Origin: Candidatus Iainarchaeum sp.
GTDB taxonomy: Archaea > Iainarchaeota > Iainarchaeia > Iainarchaeales > JAGVWC01
Reading direction: 5' to 3'
Length of the DNA stretch: 64,000 bases
Assembly: GCA_018304465.1 (NCBI GenBank)
Contig: JAGVWC010000008.1
Coordinates: 1-64,000, forward strand
Translations under genes and position numbers: made by a program
The notes under the pieces: model-generated
What the model was told of the DNA's origin: nothing
What the model saw: only the letters and a program-made list of their open reading frames with translations
Database searches by the model: none
Shown: positions 28,939 through 38,906 of the stretch, one piece after another
Numbering within the stretch: the first letter of the stretch is position 1
How the letters are laid out: each line of letters opens with the position of its first letter

Positions 28939-30057
28939 TTACAATCGCTCCACTTTTTCCTTCGATACCACGAGATTCACGCGGCGCGTCCGACCCTTCA
29001 CATCGCCCATGGTTTCCTCAGCATCCACCAAACCCAATTTGGACAACTTGGACAGCATCGTACGAAACATCCGCTCCGCCAGTGGGCTTGCGACCTCGGT
29101 TTGATAAAACAAAAACAAATCTCCACTATTAACATCCGGATGCCGGGCCACGGTTTTTAACAACGCGGCTTCCGCCAATGACAAATACGCCAAGCGTTTT
29201 TCCAGCGACACCTTGTCGACTTGACCAAACACCGCTTTGCAGTGCTCCGGCAACAACTTCTCCGCGTTTTCCTTTTCGGCCACGCGCCCCGCGGCCAACA
29301 AGGATTCGATTCCCACGCGACAATCCCCGCCGAGTTTTCCGGAATGACCCGCGATAATATCGATCGATTCCGAAACCACGATTCCCGGAAAAAACGCTTT
29401 CTCGGCGCGTTCCGAAAAAATCTGTTTTAACTGCTGCGGAGAATACCCCGCAAACTCGATCCGAACCGGAGAAAGCGAACTTTTCACCCGATCATCAAGG
29501 CTTGCCAACAACTCCGCGTCGTTTGAAACGATAATCACGCCGACCCCGATCCCGTGTTTTTCAGGCAAACGCAACAAATCATACAGCAATTTCGAACCAT
29601 CGTCTCCCGACAACAACTGGTCCGCTTCATCCAGCACGACGATCGGCAAAATTTTTCTTTTCTGCAGAACCGAAACCCATTCCGCCAAGGTTTCATCGCT
29701 TCCGACGCCGCGACGCGGAATAATCGCGCCAAACCGGGTTGCCAATTCCGACAACACGGCATGCCGCGAATTCGCTTCAAAACAATTAATCACGGTTCCT
29801 TTGGCTTTCCCCGAAAACTCCTCGAGTTGCTTGACCACAAACCGAACACTTGCGGTTTTTCCCGTTCCGGGCGGGCCGAACACGAACACGCTTTTGGGTC
29901 GTTTTCCTTCGGACGCGGGTCGCAACGCAAACACCAGTTCATCCAGTTCTTTTTCACGATGCGGCAAATTGTCCGGCAAAAACTCGGGATACAACACCGC
30001 CTCGTCTTTAAACAACTGATTAAGCTTTTCCCGCTCGGCAAACAAGTTCGAAGGCAT
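28939..30057 (-). CDS. cdc6: Orc1/Cdc6 replication initiator
   Basis: MPSNLFAEREKLNQLFKDEAVLYPEFLPDNLPHREKELDEL...FVFGPPGTGKTAS...VVLDEAD... with a winged-helix C-terminus. Start taken at the internal ATG 30057. Confidence 0.9.
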   Translation of the reverse strand: MPSNLFAEREKLNQLFKDEAVLYPEFLPDNLPHREKELDELVFALRPASEGKRPKSVFVFGPPGTGKTASVRFVVKQLEEFSGKAKGTVINCFEANSRHAVLSELATRFGAIIPRRGVGSDETLAEWVSVLQKRKILPIVVLDEADQLLSGDDGSKLLYDLLRLPEKHGIGVGVIIVSNDAELLASLDDRVKSSLSPVRIEFAGYSPQQLKQIFSERAEKAFFPGIVVSESIDIIAGHSGKLGGDCRVGIESLLAAGRVAEKENAEKLLPEHCKAVFGQVDKVSLEKRLAYLSLAEAALLKTVARHPDVNSGDLFLFYQTEVASPLAERMFRTMLSKLSKLGLVDAEETMGDVKGRTRRVNLVVSKEKVERL

Positions 30058-30111
30058 GCAATTAAAACAAGTCAAAAGCAGTTTAAATCCTTTCCTGAAT
30101 ACAAGAATACC

Positions 30112-30921
30112 GTGACGCAAAAAGAAAAAATCGTGCTCATGATTCCCGCCCACAACGAGGAAAAAACCCTCAAAAACCTGCTTCCAGGCCTGATGGCCCT
30201 AAAGAAGGTGGGCGTCTGCCACGAAGTGGTGGTCGTGAACGATGGCTCCACCGACCACACTGGGAAAGTCGCGCTTTCATTCGGAGCGAAAGTTTTAACG
30301 CTTCCAAAGAATTATGGAAAAGCATATGCATTCTACGAAGGAGCCAAAGTTGCGAAACAAATGAAAGCCACCGTTTTCGTGACACTCGATTCCGACCTGG
30401 AACACGTGACAAAAAGGCAATTGGAAGCGCTGATACGCCCGGTTCTGCGCGGAGACGTGAAGATGAGCGTAGGAACAGTCGTTGACCGAAAAACAATCAA
30501 TGGAATACCCGTACATGACTCCACTATTGTAAGCGGCCAACGTGCGTTCCAAATGCAAGCACTTGAACCCTTACTGATTCACAACCCGAAATGGGAAAAA
30601 TTCTTCGGAATCCACAACGGCCAGTTTTGCTATCGAACAGGATTTGGGCTTGAACGCGCATTAAACCAGCTCCTGGTCGGCCATACGGAGTGGATGTACG
30701 GAGGGTCGACGGGCAAAAAAATTGTGGTCCGAACCGAATTTAATGTCCAGCGCGGCGCGTTACAAATAACTTCAAAAAAGCAGATGGACCGTGAAATGGC
30801 AAGCGTCGATTGGGTAAACAACGCCCGAAAAAATACAGCCCGCATCGTTCGCAGCAAACGAAAGGAAGACCCCGCCGAGGCACGAAAAAGGGTCGCGCGA
30901 TTCAAACGGAGAACAAAGTGA
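30112..30921 (+). CDS. family-2 glycosyltransferase (GT2; dolichyl-phosphate sugar transferase-like)
   Basis: KIVLMIPAHNEEKTLKNLL...VVVNDGSTDHT...TLDSDLEH (DxD). GTG 30112 or ATG 30139 start. The upstream part of track ORF 29554.. is antisense of cdc6. Confidence 0.75.
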   Translation: MTQKEKIVLMIPAHNEEKTLKNLLPGLMALKKVGVCHEVVVVNDGSTDHTGKVALSFGAKVLTLPKNYGKAYAFYEGAKVAKQMKATVFVTLDSDLEHVTKRQLEALIRPVLRGDVKMSVGTVVDRKTINGIPVHDSTIVSGQRAFQMQALEPLLIHNPKWEKFFGIHNGQFCYRTGFGLERALNQLLVGHTEWMYGGSTGKKIVVRTEFNVQRGALQITSKKQMDREMASVDWVNNARKNTARIVRSKRKEDPAEARKRVARFKRRTK

Positions 30922-30926
30922 ATCCG

Positions 30927-31763
30927 ATGATTTCCAAAATAACTTTTGCAACCGCCGGAGTACCGATTTCAAGCCCGAAACCCGACACGGTTACAGGCCT
31001 TCAACGCATCAAAGAACTCGGACTCGACGGCATGGAACTCGAATTCGTGCACGGCGTACGCATGGGACGCGAAATGGCCGACCAAATCAACGCCAAAGCA
31101 AAAGAATTAACCCTTGATTTGTCGGTGCACGGACCCTATTACATCAATTTGAACGCAGTGGAACCCGAAAAACAAGCGGCTTCAAAACAACGCATATTCG
31201 ATTCCGCCAAAGTCGGCGCCTGGTGCGGCTGCCGCGCGGTCACGTTTCACCCCGCGTACGTGATGAAAAGCAAACGCGAAGACGTGGCAAAACGCGTGCT
31301 CAAATCATTGTCCGACATTTTGGCGAAAATGGATTCGGAAAAAATCCACATTCAACTCAAACCCGAAACCACGGGAAAAGAAACCCAGTTCGGGTCGCTA
31401 ACCGAACTCCTTTTTCTGCATCACGAAGAACCGCGTTTTTGTCCCAACGTGGATTTTTCGCATCTACACGCGCGCGAAAACGGACGATTCAAGAAAAAAG
31501 AGGATTTTGCCAAAGCCCTGGATGAAATGGAAAAAAACGACCCTAAGCTGTTACATGACCTGCACATGCACGTATCCGGCATCGCATATTCCTCAAAAGG
31601 CGAAAAAAATCACCTCGTACTCGAAGACAAGGCCAACGACTTCAATTACCGATGGCTGCTCGAAACCCTGGCCGAATACGGGGTAGAAGGACGCATCGTC
31701 TGCGAATCCCCCAACATCGAAACCGATGCGCTATTGCTAAAACGGTATTACGAATCGCTTTGA
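30927..31763 (+). CDS. nfo: AP endonuclease family 2 (endonuclease IV-like TIM barrel)
   Basis: SVHGPYYINLNA matches the HxxYLINL signature, with FHPA, DFSHLHA and C-terminal E/H metal ligands in order. The alternative is a generic sugar-phosphate isomerase-like TIM barrel. Confidence 0.55.
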   Translation: MISKITFATAGVPISSPKPDTVTGLQRIKELGLDGMELEFVHGVRMGREMADQINAKAKELTLDLSVHGPYYINLNAVEPEKQAASKQRIFDSAKVGAWCGCRAVTFHPAYVMKSKREDVAKRVLKSLSDILAKMDSEKIHIQLKPETTGKETQFGSLTELLFLHHEEPRFCPNVDFSHLHARENGRFKKKEDFAKALDEMEKNDPKLLHDLHMHVSGIAYSSKGEKNHLVLEDKANDFNYRWLLETLAEYGVEGRIVCESPNIETDALLLKRYYESL

Positions 31764-31879
31764 AGCGAAATTCAAATTTTTTTGAAACGCCACGGAGAGG
31801 TTTAAATATCGGACGTGCAATAAATAGATCAGGAGTGATCTCCAATGTTTGGACCAGGCTGCTGCTAAACAAAAAAAAA

Positions 31880-31912
31880 TTTCGGGCCAACGCCCGAAAA
31901 AAATCCTTTTTT
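31880..31912. terminator. bidirectional hairpin flanked by A- and T-tracts downstream of nfo
   Basis: ttcgggc-caac-gcccgaa stem with aaaaaaaa upstream and ccttttttt downstream. Confidence 0.4.
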
Positions 31913-32071
31913 TAATTCAACGAATCGCTTTTATCAAATCTTCTTTTTCGGGCATTCGTTCGCAATACGCGCATTTGGCCGGCAACAAAATTAACAGCTT
32001 CGGATGCCCCCACTTTCGGCTTTTGACGAAAAAAACATTCCAAAAAAAAAGCCGCCCCCCCCAACCAACAT

Positions 32072-32626
32072 ATGCGAAAAAAAGGTTTTTTCATCACGGC
32101 CATTTCGTTTTTTCTTTTCCTGATTCTTTTTTCACTTTTCGCCCTCCAAAACGAATTCATCCGCCAACGCAACCAAATCAAAACCGAAATCATCGGAATC
32201 GAACACGCCCGATTCGAACGCACCATTCTCGAAAACAACATCGATTTCCTCGCGTCCAAAACCCTTTTGGAAACCGCGGAGATGACCCGCGAACCCAACC
32301 AACTTCGAAGCGAATACACCCGCCGGTTTTTTTCCCGATTAAAAACCATCGAACAAACATATCCAACGATTAGGTTCTATTCCGGCCGGGTGAACCCCGA
32401 CCAATACGCCAAACCACCGCAACACCTAACGGCTTTGAATTCCACAGAACTGGAATCCCTTCTTGTGCTTTGGCCCATCCCCGCTTCAAACCCGCTAAAA
32501 ACCACCAAACTCGAATTCACCGGCGGACGCCACCAGGACACCACCGTAATCGCCACGATTTTGGGCCAAGAAAACCCCACAATTTTTTTGATTCCGATCG
32601 GATACCAACTCACCGTGATCCAATGA
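32072..32626 (+). CDS. pilin-like or pilus-associated protein with N-terminal signal-anchor
   Basis: MRKKGFFITAISFFLFLILFSLFAL then a soluble domain. First gene of the pilin-like cluster. Confidence 0.4.
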   Translation: MRKKGFFITAISFFLFLILFSLFALQNEFIRQRNQIKTEIIGIEHARFERTILENNIDFLASKTLLETAEMTREPNQLRSEYTRRFFSRLKTIEQTYPTIRFYSGRVNPDQYAKPPQHLTALNSTELESLLVLWPIPASNPLKTTKLEFTGGRHQDTTVIATILGQENPTIFLIPIGYQLTVIQ

Positions 32627-32982
32627 AGTTCAACGGACAAATCATGTTTGAAACCCTCGTTACGACCGCGGTTTACCTCGGCGTATTCGGTGTCCTGGTG
32701 GCCACGGTATCAATCCAGTTTGCCCAGGCAAACGACTACGCCGAAAAAAACCGTTTTTTGATGCAAACAGAAAAATGCGCCCAAATCCTCGACGCATTAT
32801 ACGCCAACGGCACCGGAAAACCCGCCGAAAACATTTCCAATTGCGTTCCCGCGACTCCCCGCCACGTCCGAATCGAAAACCAGCCTTTCACCGCCTTTAC
32901 GATCGCAGACCCCATCGAACAAATCCCTTCTTCCACCGAAACCCGGTTACTTGTAATCCCGCCTGATCATTATGTCCCCTGA
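32623..32982 (+). CDS. archaeal type IV pilin-like protein (class III signal peptide)
   Basis: MKFNGQ/IMFETLVTTAVYLGVFGVLVA: basic N-terminus, G-Q cleavage context, Glu at +5. Confidence 0.55.
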   Translation: MKFNGQIMFETLVTTAVYLGVFGVLVATVSIQFAQANDYAEKNRFLMQTEKCAQILDALYANGTGKPAENISNCVPATPRHVRIENQPFTAFTIADPIEQIPSSTETRLLVIPPDHYVP

Positions 32983-33430
32983 CCGCGGAATGATTCAGTC
33001 CTTCGACCTGCTGTTTTGCGTATTGGTCGCCCTGATGACCATGCATTTTTTCCTGCTTTTTCTCCAGTTTCAACTCCACGGAATCGAGGAAAACCAAGCG
33101 AATTGGAAACAAACCCGCATCGCACACGCGGTCCTTGACAGCCTGGTAAAAAATCATAACCCGGATCAGCCGGTTCTTGGAAGCGCACGGCTGGATACAG
33201 AGCGCCACCGCGTGATCTCAAACGAAATCGATCCCGTACTCTTGAATCGAATCGCCTTTCGACCCAACGGAATGTCGTTTACGGTTCGACAACTCGCGAT
33301 ACGCTTTTTTGACGGCCAAACCCAGTTTCTCATTGCCGAACAAACCCCCCAAAAAGATTGCCGACCCGTCGAACGCGTGATCACCATTCACGGAAAAAAA
33401 GGAATTCTTTTCGCGGAGATCTGTTTTTGA
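32972..33430 (+). CDS. pilin-like protein (class III signal peptide-like N-terminus)
   Basis: MSPDRG/MIQSFDLLFCVLVALMTM. Confidence 0.45.
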   Translation: MSPDRGMIQSFDLLFCVLVALMTMHFFLLFLQFQLHGIEENQANWKQTRIAHAVLDSLVKNHNPDQPVLGSARLDTERHRVISNEIDPVLLNRIAFRPNGMSFTVRQLAIRFFDGQTQFLIAEQTPQKDCRPVERVITIHGKKGILFAEICF

Positions 33431-33780
33431 CGAAAGGACAATGGTACACGTTTGACGCGCTGTTAGGCTTGTTCATTCTTTCAAGCCTGGTGCTGCTGTC
33501 TCCAGTTCCAACCGCATCGGACCCAACCGAGGATTCCACCCAAAACAAAGTCCACGACTTGCAGGTGATTTGGAGCAAAGAAACCCGGTTTGACCTCGAA
33601 GAAATGAACAGCGATCTCTCCATTGTTTTTCATCACCAAGCGTACGAACTAAAAGTCAACCACACAACCATCCGATCAAATTTTTTCGATCCCGACAAAG
33701 CGCTTTTTTCCTCCGAAATCCCATTCGTTTCGGACACCGACGAAATCCTACGAATCCGAATCCGCGTCAATTACGATTGA
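33427..33780 (+). CDS. pilin-like protein, probable TTG start
   Basis: (M)TKGQ/WYTFDALLGLFILSSLVLL. In frame with track ORF 33358.., which has no convincing ATG. Confidence 0.45.
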   Translation: MTKGQWYTFDALLGLFILSSLVLLSPVPTASDPTEDSTQNKVHDLQVIWSKETRFDLEEMNSDLSIVFHHQAYELKVNHTTIRSNFFDPDKALFSSEIPFVSDTDEILRIRIRVNYD

Positions 33781-34206
33781 ATTCTTTTCCCGCAAAAGCC
33801 GGAAAAAAACAGGCGAATCAAACGAAGCGGAAAACGGTTCACAACGAATCGGAAGCGTTCGGATAAACTCATGTTCAAACCCCGACGAAGATTTGATGGA
33901 AAGAACAAAAAGGTTTTCCCGAACCGAAAGAAACCACGGGTTTTTGGGTCGCGCCGCCACCAAAAACGCGCTTTCGTCCCCCATCAACGCCAATTCCGAT
34001 GCCCGAAAAAGAAAATCATCCGAAAACCGGCGGCCCTCCAATACATCCAAACCGAAAACCGATTTCGAATACAACTGCGAGATCAACGGAGCAAACAAAC
34101 CCAAAACGCCCAAAAAAGCCGCAAAAACAAGCAAAAACTCCAGGGAAACCTGGGCCTTACTTGATATCATCAATTTTCTCGAACAAATCATCCGCTTTCT
34201 GTCCAA
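33748..34206 (-). CDS. archaeal type IV pilin-like protein
   Basis: ...MISSKAQ/VSLEFLLVFAAFLGVLGLF is the classic prepilin motif (AQ-VSLEFLL). The real start may be the internal Met at 34170. Confidence 0.55.
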   Translation of the reverse strand: MDRKRMICSRKLMISSKAQVSLEFLLVFAAFLGVLGLFAPLISQLYSKSVFGLDVLEGRRFSDDFLFRASELALMGDESAFLVAARPKNPWFLSVRENLFVLSIKSSSGFEHEFIRTLPIRCEPFSASFDSPVFFRLLREKNSIVIDADSDS

Positions 34207-34336
34207 TCTTTTTCGCGCCTTCGGCCCCGGTTTTTTGCAACTGCGACACCAACAACAACACCAATGCCACGACGGCCGCGAGAATAATGATCATTTCAAC
34301 CGACACCTGACAACGCTTCGAAAAAAAGAATCCCAT
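34157..34336 (-). CDS. mini-pilin-like protein (59 aa)
   Basis: MGFFFSKRCQVSVEMIIILAAVVALVLLLV. Confidence 0.45.
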   Translation of the reverse strand: MGFFFSKRCQVSVEMIIILAAVVALVLLLVSQLQKTGAEGAKKIGQKADDLFEKIDDIK

Positions 34337-34413
34337 ACCTAATTCCAGGCACCCATGGGAATAATAAAAAAGTCTTTTTTCGACGAAAAACGAACTCATT
34401 CAAATGCTTTTTA

Positions 34414-35043
34414 TTGATTTTGCCCCAACAAAGTAATACCCATATGAATCAACGCGAAATCATTGAATTAATCGGCTCTTGGCTCGTCGTCAGCATCGCG
34501 TTCGCATGGGTCATGAAATCCGATTTTGGAATCGCGTTTCCCAACAACTTTATTTTCGCGCTCGTGGTCGCATTGGTGGCCACCGGAACCGGTTTTATTT
34601 TGCACGAACTCGCACACAAATACGTGGCCATCCGATACGGCGCCGTCGCCGAATACTATGCGTGGCCCTTCGGACTTTTTTTCGCGCTCGTCATGGCCGT
34701 CGGATTCGGGTTCGTTTTCGCGGCTCCTGGAGCGGTTTATATTTTCGGACCGCACATAGACGCCAAACAAAACGGAATCATTTCGGTCGCCGGTCCCATC
34801 ACCAACATCATTATCGGAGTGCTGTTCTTTGTCGCGTTTTTGCTCTTAAGCGTAGCCAACCTCGACTCGCTTGCCGTTATCGCCGCGATCGCCGGACAAA
34901 TCAATCTGTTTTTGGCCTTGTTTAACCTGATCCCCATCGGACCACTCGACGGATCCAAAGTATTCGCATGGAACAAACTCGTATGGGGCGCCTTGTTCGT
35001 GCCACTCGCGTTAATCTGGCTTTTTGTTTTCCGCTTGTTCTAA
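34414..35043 (+). CDS. site-2-protease-family zinc metalloprotease (M50)
   Basis: HELAH (HExxH) in a TM helix plus NLIPIGPLDGSKV (LDG motif). Confidence 0.75.
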   Translation: MILPQQSNTHMNQREIIELIGSWLVVSIAFAWVMKSDFGIAFPNNFIFALVVALVATGTGFILHELAHKYVAIRYGAVAEYYAWPFGLFFALVMAVGFGFVFAAPGAVYIFGPHIDAKQNGIISVAGPITNIIIGVLFFVAFLLLSVANLDSLAVIAAIAGQINLFLALFNLIPIGPLDGSKVFAWNKLVWGALFVPLALIWLFVFRLF

Positions 35044-35044
35044 A

Positions 35045-35569
35045 CTACTTGATCACGCGAAAATTCGTGGAAAACCCCGAAGAAACCGAATTGACCCAAG
35101 AACCCGTGTTCGCGATCGCAAACAGCATCAAAGCCAAAAAAGAAAAAACGAAAAAAACAACCAGCACCACGAAAACCAATCCGATGCTTGCCAAAAAACC
35201 TTCCGGATGAAACACCACAAACGCGAAAACGGTTACCAACAGATTAAGCACAACCGAAAGCCCGAACAAAAAAACGATTTCGTTCCAAAAACCCGCTGGT
35301 TTTCGAACCGCATGATAACCACGAGAACCGACAAAACCAAGCAACGGCAAACCCACGAGCACGATTCCAAGCCACTTAGCGTAATCCATCAAATTCAAGA
35401 AGTCAAACGAAACAAGAGGCAAAAAAAAGCGTTCGAAAAAAACCGAAACCGCGGTTGTTTGCAACACGATTCCGATTCCACTCGCAATCAAGACAACCGA
35501 AGCCAACACGTAAACAAAAAACCAGGACCTAAGCGATGCGCCCAGGTAGGATAAAAAAAAACGAATCAT
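35045..35569 (-). CDS. hypothetical polytopic membrane protein
   Basis: 174 aa with 5 hydrophobic helices and no motif recognised. Confidence 0.45.
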   Translation of the reverse strand: MIRFFLSYLGASLRSWFFVYVLASVVLIASGIGIVLQTTAVSVFFERFFLPLVSFDFLNLMDYAKWLGIVLVGLPLLGFVGSRGYHAVRKPAGFWNEIVFLFGLSVVLNLLVTVFAFVVFHPEGFLASIGLVFVVLVVFFVFSFLALMLFAIANTGSWVNSVSSGFSTNFRVIK

Positions 35570-35584
35570 GGTTCATCACCGAAT

Positions 35585-37972
35585 TCATTCGATATAACTC
35601 GGTTTGTACTCCATGCGCTTTTCGGCAAACTCGTCGTAGGCTTCCTCGGTTTCCTGCGAAATCGACGGCCGCAACTTTCCGATCGCCACCTCGAAATGAC
35701 GGTGTTCAACCCGAGTCGCTTCCAAATTGCTTTCCTGCAACGCGATCAAAGCGGCTTCCCGAATCAATCCTTCCAGATCCGCACCGGAAAAGCCGGTCGT
35801 TAATTCGACCAGTTCTTTTAGCAACTCGTCTTTTTCCTCTTTGGATCCCATCGGGACTCCTTTCAAATGCACTTTTAGAACCGCTCTTCGCGCATCCTTG
35901 TCCGGCGCGCTTACGCGAATCAACTTGTCGATCCTTCCCGGACGCAACAAACCCGGATCAATCAGGTCCGGCCGGTTTGTCGCGGCAATAAAAACAACGT
36001 CTTTGAGTTCCTCGATTCCGTCCAGTTCCGTGAGTAACTGGTTAATGACGCGGTCTCCGACACCGGAATCCGAATGGGACCCGCGATGCGAAGCGATCGA
36101 ATCCACTTCATCAAAGAAAATGATCGCAGGGGACACTTGACGCGCTTTCTTGAAAATATTCCGGACGCCTTTTTCGGATTCTCCGACCCACATGCTGATC
36201 AGTTCCGGGCCTTTAACGGAAATGAAATTGGCTCCCGATTCCGTGGCCACGGCTTTTGCCAGCAAGGTTTTTCCGCATCCCGGCGGACCATATAACAACA
36301 CGCCGCGCGGAGGCCTTATTCCCAGGCGTTTAAACGCCTGCGGATTTTTAAGCGGCCATTCCACCGCTTGTTTTAATTCTTGTTTTGCGTACTCCAACGC
36401 CCCGACATCCGTCCACTTGACGTTCGGCACTTCAATCGTCACTTCGCGCAAAGCACTGGGCTGCACGTCGCGCAAGGCTTCCAAAAAATCCGGCTTGTTT
36501 ACTTCCAGCGTCTCCAAAACCTCGGTCGGAATCGTTTCTTCCTCGAGATTGATCTTTGGCAGATACCGGCGCAAGGCTTTCATCGCGGCTTCCTTGGTTA
36601 ACGCCGACAAATCGGCACCGACAAACCCGTGCGTGATCTCGGCAAAATCCGTCAGCATCTTGTCCAGCAAAATTTGTTTAACCTCGCTTTCCTCTTTTTC
36701 TCCCGCGACCTTGAAAAACTCTTTTTCCTTGGGATTTTTGCGTAGCAACACCACGACGTTTTCGCGTGTATTGCGAGCGAGAACCTCTTCGGGCGAATTT
36801 TCCAAAACGTTGGCCAAATACGGGGCGTCAAACGGCGGATGAATCGGCATTCCGCGGGTGTGAATCTGCAAAATCTGCTTTCGTTCGTTTTTTCCCGGAA
36901 CCGGAAACTCGATTTCGCGGTCGAATCGACCGGGTCGGCGCAAAGCTTCGTCGATCGAGTTCACGCGGTTCGTGGCCGCGATCACGATCACGTTTCCGCG
37001 GGCTTCCATTCCGTCCATGGACGCAAGCAGCTGGGCCACCACGCGGCGCTCGACTTCCCCGACGACTTCGTCGCGTTTTGGAGCGATCGCGTCAATCTCA
37101 TCAAAAAAAATAATCGAAGGCGCGTTGTCTTCGGCTTCCTTAAACACCTGGCGAATACGTTCTTCCGCTTCGCCGACAAACTTTGACATCAAACTCGGCG
37201 CGTTAACCGTAATGAAATGCGCTTCGGTTTCGTTTGCAACCGCTTTCGCCAGCAAGGTTTTTCCGCATCCCGGCGGACCATACAACAACACGCCTTTGGG
37301 CGGCTGGATCCCCAAGCGACGAAACAATTCCGGATGACGCATGGGCAGTTCGATCATCTCGCGAACTTTCTGAACCTGTTCCTGCAATCCGCCGATATCC
37401 TCGTACGCCACGTGCGGAACGCGTTCCTGGGCTTCCTTTACCGGCTGTTCCTTTAACACGAACTGCGTGAAATCATTCACTTTCACGATTCCACGCGGCG
37501 ACGTATCCACGACCGTATACACGAAACCGCTTCCAAAAACGGATATCCACACGCTGTCCCCGCGAACCAGCGGCCGGCCGATAAAATTTTTCTTTAAAAT
37601 CCGGTCGTAACCCGACGCGATAATCCGAACGTCCTGTGTCGGAGCAAGAATCACTTTTTTCGCTTCTTTTACTTCGGCTTTCCGGATCCGGACTTTTTCC
37701 CCAAGACCAACCCCGACATTATGACGAATAAAATTATCCATTCGGATGATTCCTTTTCCTTCGTCTTCGCTTCGCGCCGGCCAAATAACAGCCGCGGTTT
37801 TTTTGGTTCCTTCGATTTCGATGATGTCACCGCTGGTGACCCCTAAAGAGTCCTTAGCTGTCTTGTCGAGCGTCACAATGTTGCGGCCCACATGCGAGGG
37901 GTCCGGATCAAACACTTTTAGCTCTACTTCGCGAACATTTTTCATATCAGGGGACGGGAAAATATCGCTCAC
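35585..37972 (-). CDS. cdc48: Cdc48/VCP-like AAA+ ATPase (N domain plus D1 plus D2)
   Basis: Two Walker A sites ([15 protein letters not shown] twice), second-region-of-homology motifs, and an N-terminal double-psi barrel-like region. Confidence 0.9.
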   Translation of the reverse strand: MSDIFPSPDMKNVREVELKVFDPDPSHVGRNIVTLDKTAKDSLGVTSGDIIEIEGTKKTAAVIWPARSEDEGKGIIRMDNFIRHNVGVGLGEKVRIRKAEVKEAKKVILAPTQDVRIIASGYDRILKKNFIGRPLVRGDSVWISVFGSGFVYTVVDTSPRGIVKVNDFTQFVLKEQPVKEAQERVPHVAYEDIGGLQEQVQKVREMIELPMRHPELFRRLGIQPPKGVLLYGPPGCGKTLLAKAVANETEAHFITVNAPSLMSKFVGEAEERIRQVFKEAEDNAPSIIFFDEIDAIAPKRDEVVGEVERRVVAQLLASMDGMEARGNVIVIAATNRVNSIDEALRRPGRFDREIEFPVPGKNERKQILQIHTRGMPIHPPFDAPYLANVLENSPEEVLARNTRENVVVLLRKNPKEKEFFKVAGEKEESEVKQILLDKMLTDFAEITHGFVGADLSALTKEAAMKALRRYLPKINLEEETIPTEVLETLEVNKPDFLEALRDVQPSALREVTIEVPNVKWTDVGALEYAKQELKQAVEWPLKNPQAFKRLGIRPPRGVLLYGPPGCGKTLLAKAVATESGANFISVKGPELISMWVGESEKGVRNIFKKARQVSPAIIFFDEVDSIASHRGSHSDSGVGDRVINQLLTELDGIEELKDVVFIAATNRPDLIDPGLLRPGRIDKLIRVSAPDKDARRAVLKVHLKGVPMGSKEEKDELLKELVELTTGFSGADLEGLIREAALIALQESNLEATRVEHRHFEVAIGKLRPSISQETEEAYDEFAEKRMEYKPSYIE

Positions 37973-38083
37973 AAAATAAAGTCACCGCAAAATGAATAAA
38001 AACCAATGGATAAGCCGATAAAACGCGGTTAATTCAAAATACACGACGAAAAAAACCAAAAAAAAGGCCAATTTGGCTTGGAA

Positions 38084-38902
38084 TCACTTTTCTTTTACGA
38101 TTGAGGTTTTTCCGGTCGGCAACATGGCCATGACCTCGTCCAGCAGCAAGCCTGACAAACGCGCACCCGTTTTTTTCTCGAAAAAACCAACCAATTGCTT
38201 TGCCAAACGACTTTTTTCATTTTCACCCGGAACAATCCGGCAAAAAACGCGACACCGTTCGGAAATCGGTTTTAAGGAACCGCTTTCGACCCGAAACACG
38301 TTTTCAAAAGAACTCAAACCCACCGAGAACTCCAAAGGCACGTTTCGAAACCACTCGCGTTTTCCATATACCATAAACGCGCCTTTTCCGATCGCTTCTC
38401 CAGTTGGAGCCGACTTGGTTACCTGATCCGGAGACGCCGAATACACGTCGACTTTTCCCGCGCCGCTTTCCCACGCTTTGGAAAAAACCCCCGCAAACTG
38501 TGCCGCTTCGCTTTTGTCCTCTTCGAACGGTTTTTTCCCGTCGGTTTTCAGCACGCAATGCGGGGCACCAAAAATATCCGCGTGAAAAAACAAGTCGTCT
38601 TTTTCCATGTGTTTTTTGACGATTTGTTCGTTGGATTTCGCGTCGCGACCCCCGATCACCAAAAGACCGCTTTGCGTAAAACACCAGTGAAACTTTTCAA
38701 ACCACTCTTTTTTCCGCTTTTGCTCGACCACTTTTTTTTCCGTGTTCGAAATTTTTTTTTCGCGTGCAAGCTCGAGTTGTTTTGATACCGACTGCTTGGC
38801 CGCCTTCAATCCCGCGAGTTTTTTTTTCGCTTTTTTCGCGCGTTCGAAAAAAACCTGCGCGTTCTGATCGACGGTTTTCGAAAAATCGAGTTCTAAGCGC
38901 AC
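38084..38902 (-). CDS. NFACT-R/DUF814 domain protein (Rqc2/FbpA-family C-terminal module)
   Basis: EWFEKFHWCFTQSGLLVIGGRDAKSNEQIVKKHMEKDDLFFHADIFGAPHCVLK matches the DUF814 core. N-terminal coiled coil. Confidence 0.5.
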   Translation of the reverse strand: MRLELDFSKTVDQNAQVFFERAKKAKKKLAGLKAAKQSVSKQLELAREKKISNTEKKVVEQKRKKEWFEKFHWCFTQSGLLVIGGRDAKSNEQIVKKHMEKDDLFFHADIFGAPHCVLKTDGKKPFEEDKSEAAQFAGVFSKAWESGAGKVDVYSASPDQVTKSAPTGEAIGKGAFMVYGKREWFRNVPLEFSVGLSSFENVFRVESGSLKPISERCRVFCRIVPGENEKSRLAKQLVGFFEKKTGARLSGLLLDEVMAMLPTGKTSIVKEK

Positions 38903-38906
38903 GGAT

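Noticed and set aside
30058-30111. Replication origin (ORB repeats / AT-rich DUE) expected next to orc1/cdc6
   Set aside because: The spacer upstream of cdc6 is only about 54 nt and has no repeated ORB-like elements. The downstream side is occupied by tightly linked genes. No origin is evident here by eye.
29554-30921. 455-aa track ORF
   Set aside because: Its first two thirds are antisense to the strongly supported orc1/cdc6 gene. Only the GT2 portion from about 30112 is real.
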